This document shows, piece after piece, positions 27,574-35,250 of a stretch of 64,000 bases of DNA. The notes below the pieces were generated by a model. It ran no database searches and was not told the origin of the DNA. It saw only the letters and a list, made by a program, of their open reading frames with translations. The DNA comes from Dehalococcoidia bacterium (GTDB taxonomy: Bacteria; Chloroflexota; Dehalococcoidia; Bin125): contig CBDBPH010000002.1 in NCBI GenBank assembly GCA_965208665.1, positions 1,163,040 to 1,227,039 on the forward strand, written 5' to 3'. A program made the translations under genes and the position numbers. Every line of letters begins with the position of its first letter. Position 1 is the stretch's first letter.

Positions 27574-28073
27574 TCGTCTCGCGGGGCTGCCCAACCCGGA
27601 CCCTCGATCCTCCGTAGGTCATTCTGATCGACCGTCGTTAACAGCTCCCCGACCAGCGATCCGTCGGGCAATGTCAATCCTGGCGCCAGATCCGCAAGCG
27701 GCCGCAAGACGAATCCGCGCTGGTTCATGTGGGGATGCGGAACCCTGAGCCGAGGCTCATCAATCACCTTGCTTCCATAGAGCAGGATGTCAATGTCAAT
27801 CAGACGTGGACCCCAGTGCTGTTCGCGCACGCGGCCCAGTTCATTCTCGATCGCCTGCACGGCATCCAGGAGCTCAACCGGCCCAAGTGACGTTCGACCG
27901 CGCGCGACCGCGTTGAGAAATGCCGCCTGTTCAGTCACACCCCAGGCCGCCGACTCGTAGAGGGAAGAGACCGCAACATCGTCCAAGACATGGCGAATCC
28001 CCTCCACGGCAGAGCGCATCATCGCCCGCCGATCGCCCATGTTCCCGCCGAGGCCGAGGAAGACGCTCGTCAT
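27570..28073 (-). CDS. folK: 2-amino-4-hydroxy-6-hydroxymethyldihydropteridine pyrophosphokinase
   Basis: Has LGLGGNMGDR, GPR.IDIDILLY and VPHP.M..R.FVL.PL. Confidence 0.9.
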   Translation of the reverse strand: MTSVFLGLGGNMGDRRAMMRSAVEGIRHVLDDVAVSSLYESAAWGVTEQAAFLNAVARGRTSLGPVELLDAVQAIENELGRVREQHWGPRLIDIDILLYGSKVIDEPRLRVPHPHMNQRGFVLRPLADLAPGLTLPDGSLVGELLTTVDQNDLRRIEGPGWAAPRDD

Positions 28074-28873
28074 TGGCGCACGATGTCGTCGGCCATCCGC
28101 ACAACCCGGGTCATCTCGGCGACGTCGTGGACGCGCACCAGATCCGCCCCGTTGGCGACGGCCAGCGCCGTCACGGCAGCCGAACCTTCGAGCCGTTGCT
28201 CAACGCCCCAGCCGAATTGCTCCCCCGTCATCCGCTTGCGTGACATCCCAACCATGATCGGACGTCGCAACACCCGCAATTCCGACAGCCGCCGAAGAAT
28301 CTCAGCGTTCTCGACCAGTTCCCAGCCAAAACCGAAACCGGGATCCAGGATGACCCGCTCTTGCGAGACCCCGTGCCGGGTCGCGATGTCCAGCGATTCG
28401 CGAAATCCATCCAGCGTGGCCGCAACGGGATCGGTCGCAGCGGGTCGGAGGCGCTGATTGTGCATGGCGAGAACCCAGGCGTCACGAGCAGCAGCGACAT
28501 CGGCCAGCGCGGGATCGCCCTGCAGACCGTTCGTGTCGTTAAGTATGGTCGCCCCCGCCTCGAACGCGTCCAGCGCCACCTCTGGCTTGGTCGTGTCGAT
28601 CGAGATCGGCGTCACGTGCAAACGCGCCGCTGCGCGCTCCACGACTCGAACCACGCGCTCCCGCTCAACCTCCGTGCTCACCGGCTGGAATCCGGGGCGA
28701 GTCGACTCTCCACCGATGTCGATGATGTCCGCGCCGTCGAGCACCATCTGCTCGGCCACGGCGACCGCTCCCTCAACATCGACGATCCCGTCCCCGGCAA
28801 ACGAATCAGGTGTGACGTTGAGAATCCCGACTATCAGCGTCCGCGAACCCCACGGAAACGCATCCAGCTCCAC
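28070..28873 (-). CDS. folP: dihydropteroate synthase
   Basis: Has GILNVTPDSFAGDG, DIGGESTRPG and the C-terminal VRVHDV. Start set to the GTG at 28873 (AGGGA 5 nt upstream), after the JAMM stop. The track start at 28921 is a TTG with poor Shine-Dalgarno spacing. Confidence 0.9.
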   Translation of the reverse strand: MELDAFPWGSRTLIVGILNVTPDSFAGDGIVDVEGAVAVAEQMVLDGADIIDIGGESTRPGFQPVSTEVERERVVRVVERAAARLHVTPISIDTTKPEVALDAFEAGATILNDTNGLQGDPALADVAAARDAWVLAMHNQRLRPAATDPVAATLDGFRESLDIATRHGVSQERVILDPGFGFGWELVENAEILRRLSELRVLRRPIMVGMSRKRMTGEQFGWGVEQRLEGSAAVTALAVANGADLVRVHDVAEMTRVVRMADDIVRQ

Positions 28874-28883
28874 TACAGTCCCT

Positions 28884-29390
28884 TCACAACGTTGACTCCC
28901 GCACTCTCGGCCTGCCGTCAACCTCGATCATCTCCAACAGCTTCCGCTCGGCGTCACCCCCGGAGATCACCAACTCAATCTCCGACGCCTTCACCGTATC
29001 CGGTTCGTCGCCGTCGTCGATCCGCCACGCGCGCACCGACGGCGGCTCGTCGGCCAGTGAGACCAGCACCCAGTACGGCCACTCCGTCGCGCCCTTATGC
29101 AGCCGAGCGATGTTCAGATCGGTCGGCGAGGGCCGCGCCTCCGAGGCCACGTGCGAGTGATAGATCACCAGCAGGTCACCGTCGACATCGTCAATCGCGT
29201 TGTACAGATGCAGCAACTGCTGCGCAGGAATATTGAATCGCCAGGGCGAGGCCTGATCGTTGGTCGCCCGCCAGAGTGTCATGGCGCCATCGGACCCGCG
29301 CCCGATCACCCCGCAGCATTCGTTTGGCAAGTCCTCGCGCGAGTGGGCGACCATCTCGTCGATCAGGACCTGCGGCAACTCCAGGCTCAT
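28884..29390 (-). CDS. JAMM/MPN+ (Mov34) metalloprotease, Mec-like
   Basis: Has E..ECCG plus HSHVASEARPSPTD, i.e. the JAMM motif HxHx7Sx2D. Confidence 0.85.
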   Translation of the reverse strand: MSLELPQVLIDEMVAHSREDLPNECCGVIGRGSDGAMTLWRATNDQASPWRFNIPAQQLLHLYNAIDDVDGDLLVIYHSHVASEARPSPTDLNIARLHKGATEWPYWVLVSLADEPPSVRAWRIDDGDEPDTVKASEIELVISGGDAERKLLEMIEVDGRPRVRESTL

Positions 29391-30031
29391 GTTCCTGCCG
29401 CCTCCCGCTGCTCTTGCCAGAATGTCCGCTCCGTCTGTGGATGAGGAATCTCCGCGCCCCAGGTGTCCCAGCCGTGGACATCGGCGTCTCGCGCGAATAG
29501 CTCGAGCTTACGTTGGCGTGGGAACATCTCCTCGATCCGGCGCCGCACCTCGACCGGCTTGCGCGAATGCTCCTCGCGCCGTTCCGACACCAGTTGTCGA
29601 ACGTTACGCGCGCCGCGTGGAGCAGGAATCCGGCCACGCTTGAAGACCAGACAAAGCTCGCACTGCGACATCGTGTAGAACCCCGGATTGACCCGCTGCT
29701 TGTCCCAGACGAACGCCACGGTGGCCCACGCGAAACCCCAGGCCTTCCCCAGCTCGATCGCCTGATCCAGATGCGGCGACGTTGCCCACATGAACAGCAG
29801 CGAATCGTCCGCAGCAATCGACTGGACCTCGAGCGCGATTAAGTCCTGTAGCTGCACCGTCTCATAGTGCCGAATCGCCCCACCCGAGTCGCCGCTGCCC
29901 GGCCCGGCATGCTGGAGTTGGCCCTTGTAGTCCCAGGGCGGGTCGGCATAGATGACGCCGTAGCGCTCGTCGCCGTCCGGCGTGGGCAACGGAGGGAACT
30001 CGACCGGCACCGCTACGCCTCGGGAACCCAC
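29387..30031 (-). CDS. MT-A70 family (N6-adenine-type) methyltransferase
   Basis: Has IYADPPWDY (DPPW catalytic motif), LFMWAT and HSRKP. 4-nt overlap with the JAMM start. Confidence 0.85.
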   Translation of the reverse strand: MGSRGVAVPVEFPPLPTPDGDERYGVIYADPPWDYKGQLQHAGPGSGDSGGAIRHYETVQLQDLIALEVQSIAADDSLLFMWATSPHLDQAIELGKAWGFAWATVAFVWDKQRVNPGFYTMSQCELCLVFKRGRIPAPRGARNVRQLVSERREEHSRKPVEVRRRIEEMFPRQRKLELFARDADVHGWDTWGAEIPHPQTERTFWQEQREAAGT

Positions 30032-30393
30032 TCGCGCAGCTCACCGTCATCATGACAGGCCCCGGGCTGCAACGTCATCTGCAGATACGGACGACTCGTC
30101 GACGGAGGGACCAGATGGTCCAGCCAGTGGACACGCTCCGATTCGGGAATCAGCGAGCCGATATCGCCGAATCGCAGGTGGATAACGGTGTCCCCCTCGA
30201 CGATGCCGAAGTCGATCACCGCCTTGCCCGGTTGCATCAGCCGGCCGACCGTGTCGGTGCGCAGGATCTTCGCGCCGCTGTCCGTGTAGCGGCGTAGGAC
30301 CAAAGGAGAGAAATGGACCGGCAGCGCAGATGCATCGCCCGAACTCACGGCTCGGGCGACGGTGCGCTTCCAGACCTGATCGACCTCGGCCAT
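30013..30393 (-). CDS. hypothetical protein (126 aa)
   Basis: ORF with an ATG start that shares 1 nt with the rhodanese stop. Its 3' end overlaps the MT-A70 start by 19 nt. No recognisable motif. Confidence 0.5.
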   Translation of the reverse strand: MAEVDQVWKRTVARAVSSGDASALPVHFSPLVLRRYTDSGAKILRTDTVGRLMQPGKAVIDFGIVEGDTVIHLRFGDIGSLIPESERVHWLDHLVPPSTSRPYLQMTLQPGACHDDGELREWVPEA

Positions 30394-31238
30394 TACGCCG
30401 ATGGATTGTCGATCGGCACGCCAACCACGGAGCCGTACTCGGTCCAGGAGCCGTCGTAGTTCGTCGTGTGGTCGATGCCCAGCAGGTAACGCAGCGCGAA
30501 CCAGCTATGCGACGAGCGCTCGCCGATCCGGCAGTAGGCGATCACCGACTGGTCACCGGTGATGCCCTGCGCCTGGTAGATATCGCTGAGCTCGTCGGCC
30601 GACTTGAACGTGCCGTCCTCGGCCACGGCGGTCGCCCAGGGGATGTTCGACGCGCCGGGCACGTGACCCTTGCGCTGCGCGGTCTCGGGCAGTCCCGGAG
30701 GCGCCATGATCACCCCGTTGAACTCGTCCGGCGAGCGAACGTCGACCAGTTGTCCGCCGGCCTCAACGTGCGCCAGCACGTCGCTCAGACGGGCGCGCAG
30801 CGTCTCATCGCGCTCGGCGACGGCGATACTGCCCGATCCGGCCGAAGGTCCGTCGGTCGTGGTCGCACGACCTTCGGCCAGCCACTTGACTCGGCCGCCG
30901 TCCATCAACGCGGTGTTCGTGACGCCGTACAGCTCCAGCATCCACAGCGCGTACGCCGCGAACCAGTTGTTGTTGTCGCCGAACAGCACGATCTGCGAGT
31001 CATCGTTCGCGCCGGCGCTGCGTAGCAGGTCGGTGATCACCTCGCGGGATGCGACATCGCGCGAAACCTGGTCCTGCAACTGCGAAGTCCAGTTCCACGC
31101 CACCGCTCCCGGCGGGTGCCCCTCGTCGTACGCCGAAGTGTCGACATCGACCTCGATCAGAACCACGTTCGGATCATCCAAGTTGTTGGCGACCCAGTCG
31201 GTCGAGACGAGCTTCTCGGGGTGTGCATAGTCAGCCAT
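30393..31238 (-). CDS. two-domain rhodanese (thiosulfate/3-mercaptopyruvate sulfurtransferase-like)
   Basis: Tandem rhodanese architecture with the active-site loop CRIGERSS in the second domain. Confidence 0.9.
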   Translation of the reverse strand: MADYAHPEKLVSTDWVANNLDDPNVVLIEVDVDTSAYDEGHPPGAVAWNWTSQLQDQVSRDVASREVITDLLRSAGANDDSQIVLFGDNNNWFAAYALWMLELYGVTNTALMDGGRVKWLAEGRATTTDGPSAGSGSIAVAERDETLRARLSDVLAHVEAGGQLVDVRSPDEFNGVIMAPPGLPETAQRKGHVPGASNIPWATAVAEDGTFKSADELSDIYQAQGITGDQSVIAYCRIGERSSHSWFALRYLLGIDHTTNYDGSWTEYGSVVGVPIDNPSA

Positions 31239-31268
31239 GTTGCTGTCCTTTCTTCGGACCCTGGTGGC

Positions 31269-32228
31269 TCACCACCAGATTTTGCCTTCGATTTCCTCGT
31301 CGCCGGCGATGTCGTCGTATTCGCGGTTCCAGAGGCCGGTGGAGAGGTACTTCCACCCGCCGTCGGCGAGCAGGACCACGATGTTGCCCGAGTCGAGCCG
31401 CTCTGCGGCTCGCTGCGCCGCGCGAATTGCAGCGCCGCACGAGATACCCGCGAAGATGCCTTCCTCTTCGAGTAGCCGTTTGACGACTGCGAAGGACGTG
31501 CGGGAGTCGACCATGATGCGGGCGTCAAGCACCGACTCGTCCAGGACCGGCGGGATGTAGCCCTCATCGAGCGAGCGCAGCCCCTGCACCAGATCGCCGG
31601 GATGCGGCGCAGCCGCGACGATCTTGATCTCCGGGTTCTGCTCCTTGAGATACCGGCCAACGCCGGTCAGCGTGCCGCCTGTGCCGAGACCGGCGACGAA
31701 GTGTGTGATCTCGGGGCAGTCGCGGTAGATCTCCGGGCCCGTCGTCTCGTAGTGCGCGCCCGGATTGGCCGCGTTCTCGTACTGCATCGGCATGAACACC
31801 GACGGATCCGCCTCGTACATTTCCTTGGCCATGCGCACCGCGCCGTTCGAGCCGGTCTCTCCCGGCGAGAGCACGACCTCGGCGCCGAAAAAGGAAAGCA
31901 GATCGCGCCGCTCGACCGAGACCGACTCCGGCATGACGCAACGCACCGGATGACCCGTCAGCCGGCCCATTAGCGCGATCGACAGTCCGGTGTTGCCGGA
32001 TGTCGGTTCAAGGATCGTCTGGCCAGGTCGAAGCGAGCCGTCGGCGTGCGCAGCGTCGATCATCGCCCTCGCGATCCGGTCCTTGACCGAACCGGTTGGA
32101 TTCTGGCCTTCCAGCTTCACCCAGATCGCCACATCAGGATTCGGCGACATCCGCTGCAGTCGGACCAGCGGTGTGTCGCCGATCGTGTCCAGCAAGGACT
32201 GATAGCGGGCGGGCGCGGCCGTGACCAT
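31269..32228 (-). CDS. cysM: CysO-thiocarboxylate-dependent cysteine synthase (CysM-like PLP enzyme)
   Basis: Has KLEGQNPTGSVKDR (PLP lysine), TSGNTG and GTGGT. Sits immediately downstream of, and coupled to, a ThiS/MoaD-like gene, as in the mycobacterial mec-cysO-cysM arrangement. Confidence 0.85.
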   Translation of the reverse strand: MVTAAPARYQSLLDTIGDTPLVRLQRMSPNPDVAIWVKLEGQNPTGSVKDRIARAMIDAAHADGSLRPGQTILEPTSGNTGLSIALMGRLTGHPVRCVMPESVSVERRDLLSFFGAEVVLSPGETGSNGAVRMAKEMYEADPSVFMPMQYENAANPGAHYETTGPEIYRDCPEITHFVAGLGTGGTLTGVGRYLKEQNPEIKIVAAAPHPGDLVQGLRSLDEGYIPPVLDESVLDARIMVDSRTSFAVVKRLLEEEGIFAGISCGAAIRAAQRAAERLDSGNIVVLLADGGWKYLSTGLWNREYDDIAGDEEIEGKIWW

Positions 32229-32506
32229 CAGGTTGCGCCGCCAGCGAGCGCCGGCAAGATCGCGAGCACATCGCCATCGGACAGCGACGTGTCCATGCCG
32301 TCAAGGAAGCGAATGTCCTCGTCGTTCAGGTAGATGTTGACGAAACGGCGCAGTTCGCCGTCTTCCATCAGTTGCTCGCCGATCCCCGGATATGAAGTCT
32401 CCAGCGTGGTTAGCAACTCGCCAATGTTGGCGGACTCGAGTCGCACTTTCTTCTCGCCGTCGGTGAACTTCTGCAGCATCGACGGGACCCGAACTTCTAC
32501 AGCCAT
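32228..32506 (-). CDS. cysO: ThiS/MoaD-family sulfur-carrier protein (CysO-like), C-terminus ...ALAGGAT
   Basis: 92 aa counted from the internal ATG (MAVEVRVPS; GAGAGG upstream). Beta-grasp-like pattern with VNIYLNDEDI and DGDVLAILPALAGG, followed by two extra residues. Confidence 0.8.
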   Translation of the reverse strand: MAVEVRVPSMLQKFTDGEKKVRLESANIGELLTTLETSYPGIGEQLMEDGELRRFVNIYLNDEDIRFLDGMDTSLSDGDVLAILPALAGGAT

Positions 32507-32549
32507 GCGGTGATACCTCTCGCTCATGAGCGGGGGAGATGAATGCAAC

Positions 32550-33668
32550 CTAGCCTCCGGCGGCGACTGCGGGACCCTCGTGGAACGGCGAGCCGCAGAA
32601 CTCTTCGTAGTCGATCAGTTTGGTCACCGTCGGCGCGTCCCCGCAGAGCGGGCAGCCCGGATCTCGACGAATCTTCACAGTGCGGAAGTCCATCGCCAGC
32701 GCGTCGTACAGCAGCAACCGATTCTTGAGCGGTTCCCCCTGCTCGAGCAGCACTTTGATCGCCTCAGTCGCCTGGATCGCGCCGACCGTCCCCGGCAGCA
32801 CACCGAGCACGCCGGCCTCGGAGCAGGACGGAACCATGCCCGGCGGCGGCGGCGATGGGTACAGGCAGCGGTAGCATCCCTCGCCCGGGAAAAACGTGGT
32901 GACTTGACCCTCGAACAGGAAGATCGAGCCGTCCACCAGGACCTTCTCCGCCAGGAACGCGGCGTCGTTGACCAGGTAGCGGGTGGCGAAGTTGTCCGCC
33001 CCGTTGATGATTACGTCGTACTCCGGGATGATCTCCATCGCGTTGTCCGAGGTCAGCGGCGAAGTGTGGGTGATCACGTTGACGTTCGGATTCATGTCAA
33101 GAATCCGGTCCTTGGCCGAGTCGACCTTCAGCCGTCCGATGTCGGACGTGCCGTGGATGATCTGGCGTTGCAGGTTGGACCGATCAACCACGTCGAAATC
33201 GACAATCCCGATCGTGCCGACCCCGGCCGCGGCCAGGTACACCAGCACGGGAGATCCCAGGCCGCCGGCGCCGACTGCGAGAATCTTGCCGTCGATCAGC
33301 TTGCGCTGACCAAGCGGGCCGACCTGGTCCATGATCAGGTGCCGCGAGTAGCGCTCAACCATCTCCGGCGTCATCACGGTTGGTGCTGGGCCGGCACCGC
33401 CCGCGATCGCGGGAATCACTGCCAGTTCGTCCCCGTCCGCGACCGGCGTTTCGGGCCCGTTCAACGATGTGATCTCGTGATTGTTCACGTAGACGTTGAC
33501 GTGTTCGAGCAGTTCCTGCTCGCCGTCGAAAACCATCTCGCCGAAGCCCGGGAAGCGCTGATCAAGGTCGCGCAGTACTCCGTTGACGTCGATGCCCTCG
33601 GCGTCGACAAAGGTGCGGTTCCCGGTGATCTTCCGAAACGGAGTCGGAATGTAGACCTTCACGCTCAT
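32550..33668 (-). CDS. fusion of an N-terminal ThiS/MoaD-like Ubl domain (ending AIAGG) to a MoeB/ThiF/MoeZ-type E1 adenylyltransferase
   Basis: Residues 1-91 are paralogous to CysO (VNVYVNNHEI, DGDELAVIPAIAGG). They are followed by an APAPT linker, RYSRHL, the nucleotide loop VGAGGLGSP, and zinc CxxC pairs (CYRC, CPLC). There is no C-terminal rhodanese domain. Confidence 0.85.
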   Translation of the reverse strand: MSVKVYIPTPFRKITGNRTFVDAEGIDVNGVLRDLDQRFPGFGEMVFDGEQELLEHVNVYVNNHEITSLNGPETPVADGDELAVIPAIAGGAGPAPTVMTPEMVERYSRHLIMDQVGPLGQRKLIDGKILAVGAGGLGSPVLVYLAAAGVGTIGIVDFDVVDRSNLQRQIIHGTSDIGRLKVDSAKDRILDMNPNVNVITHTSPLTSDNAMEIIPEYDVIINGADNFATRYLVNDAAFLAEKVLVDGSIFLFEGQVTTFFPGEGCYRCLYPSPPPPGMVPSCSEAGVLGVLPGTVGAIQATEAIKVLLEQGEPLKNRLLLYDALAMDFRTVKIRRDPGCPLCGDAPTVTKLIDYEEFCGSPFHEGPAVAAGG

Positions 33669-33690
33669 GACTCGTCCTCTCAGCTCGCTC

Positions 33691-34644
33691 TTAGCTGTCA
33701 GAGAGCGGCATCGACAGATACCGTTCGCCTGTGTCGCAGATCGTCGTCACGACCCGACAATCGGGACCGAGACGTTCGGCGACGATGTTCGCCGCGTACA
33801 CGTTCGCGCCCGATGAAACGCCGCACAAGATCCCCTCTTCGCGCGTCAACCGAAGCATCATCTGCTCGGCATCACGATCCGAGACGCCAATCACCTCGTC
33901 GTAGATCTCGCGGTTCAGGACGCCGGGCACGAACGATGCGCCGATGCCCTGAATGGCATGGACCGAGAACTTGCCGCCCTGCAGTACCGGCGACCGCTCC
34001 GGTTCCACCGCAGTCACCGCCAGGCTCGGCTGACGATCCCGCAGCACTTCGCCGACCCCGGTGATCGTGCCGCCGGTTCCTACGCCGGTCACGAACGCGT
34101 GCAGACGCTCGCCGTCTGGCATCTCGCGACCTTCCAGCGCAGACCAGATTTCCAGGGCCGTGGTCCGTCGGTGGATCTCCGGATTGGACAGATTCTGGAA
34201 TTGCTGCGGCATGAAGTAACCGTCATCCGAGGCCAACTCCTCCGCCGCATACACCGCCCCGGTCATCCCTTCGATCGCTGGCGTCAGCACCACCTCCGCG
34301 CCGAAACGCTCCAACAGTCGTCGCCGCTCGTGTGACATGTCCTCGGGCATGGTCAGAATCAGTCGATAGCCCTTGACCGCCGCAACCAATGCCAGCCCAA
34401 CGCCGGTGTTCCCCGATGTCGGTTCGACGATCACGTCACCCGGCCGCAACGCGCCGCTGCACTCTGCATCGTCGACCATCGACTTCGCGATCCGGTCCTT
34501 GACCGAACCGCCCGGATTGAGGGACTCCAGCTTCGCCACCACCTCGGCTCCGCCATCAGGCACGACCCGATGCAGTCGGACCATCGGTGTGGCGCCGATC
34601 AGTTCAAGCACGGAGTTTGCCAACTGCGGTCGAGTCAGGCTCAA
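33691..34644 (-). CDS. cysK: cysteine synthase A / O-acetylserine sulfhydrylase family PLP enzyme
   Basis: Has KLESLNPGGSVKDR, TSGNTG and GVGTGGTITG. Confidence 0.9.
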   Translation of the reverse strand: MSLTRPQLANSVLELIGATPMVRLHRVVPDGGAEVVAKLESLNPGGSVKDRIAKSMVDDAECSGALRPGDVIVEPTSGNTGVGLALVAAVKGYRLILTMPEDMSHERRRLLERFGAEVVLTPAIEGMTGAVYAAEELASDDGYFMPQQFQNLSNPEIHRRTTALEIWSALEGREMPDGERLHAFVTGVGTGGTITGVGEVLRDRQPSLAVTAVEPERSPVLQGGKFSVHAIQGIGASFVPGVLNREIYDEVIGVSDRDAEQMMLRLTREEGILCGVSSGANVYAANIVAERLGPDCRVVTTICDTGERYLSMPLSDS

Positions 34645-34670
34645 GGTGGATTCGTCTCGTAGGGATTGCG

Positions 34671-35132
34671 CTAGATCTGGTACCGTCCGCCGCTCGGCGC
34701 CCCCAGCTGGGCCGTTTCCGCTGCCAGGTCGGCGATCGTGCGGTCGGCCAGAGTGTTCAAAATGGCGGCACGCACGTCGTCCCAGAGGCGGACTTGCGCG
34801 GCCGCCCCGGTACAGCGCTCCGAGGCTCGCCCGTTCTGCGCGCCGCGTTCCAGGCAGGCCGCCAGCGTGAGCGGGCCTTCGAGCGCCTGAACGACACGAT
34901 CAAGTCGAATCTCCTCGGCCGGCAACGCCAGTTGGTGTCCCCCTTGGGATCCGCGCGCCGAGGAGATGAACCCCGCCGCGCGCAAGCGTCCCAGTACCTG
35001 ACCGGCCAGCGAGCCCGGAATGCCCTGTCGTTCCGCGATCTCCGCCGACGGAATCGGCGCGCCGTCATCGTGCTGCGCCAGATCGACCAGGGCGCGAATG
35101 CCATAATCGCTCGTGGAAGACAGCTTCATCAT
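34671..35132 (-). CDS. Rrf2 family transcriptional regulator (CymR/IscR-like)
   Basis: Has MMKLSSTSDYGIRALVDLA...IAERQGIP...L..L..AG.I.S.RG..GG. Start at ATG 35132/35129 (verified). The upstream part of the track ORF is Ser/Ala junk. Confidence 0.85.
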   Translation of the reverse strand: MMKLSSTSDYGIRALVDLAQHDDGAPIPSAEIAERQGIPGSLAGQVLGRLRAAGFISSARGSQGGHQLALPAEEIRLDRVVQALEGPLTLAACLERGAQNGRASERCTGAAAQVRLWDDVRAAILNTLADRTIADLAAETAQLGAPSGGRYQI

Positions 35133-35153
35133 CGGGAACACGATTCTCAGGTA

Positions 35154-35173
35154 CCGCATCTCAGACGATGCGG
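35154..35173. promoter_or_regulatory. inverted repeat CCGCATC-N6-GATGCGG in the rrf2/cysH divergent region (candidate operator)
   Basis: A perfect 7-bp inverted repeat 22 nt upstream of the rrf2 ATG, next to the only AT-rich patch (TTGACTGAAATAGTAACATTT) in this intergenic region. Confidence 0.3.
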
Positions 35174-35250
35174 ATAATCTTGACTGAAATAGTAACATTT
35201 CTCGTCGGCCAACCGAGCCGCCCGCCCGCCTCACCTCCCGGAGCCCGCGC

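Noticed and set aside
32526-34064. 512-aa plus-strand ORF over the Ubl-E1 and cysK genes
   Set aside because: A shadow ORF opposite strongly supported genes, with an Arg/Asp/Val-rich junk translation. The same reasoning applies to 35898-37352 (+), 41581-43062 (+), 44147-45868 (+), 16452-17546 (+), 58054-59166 (+) and 48109-49023 (+).
27570-35132. Antiphage ubiquitin-like conjugation system (Bil/CBASS-Cap2/Cap3-like) because E1 + Ubl + JAMM co-occur
   Set aside because: No E2-like protein or effector is present. The Ubl genes are embedded with CysM, CysK, a rhodanese, an Rrf2 regulator and cysH, which fits sulfur-carrier cysteine biosynthesis. The 126-aa unknown has a single C-terminal Cys and no HPN-like E2 signature. 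The idea is kept only as a remote possibility in the findings.
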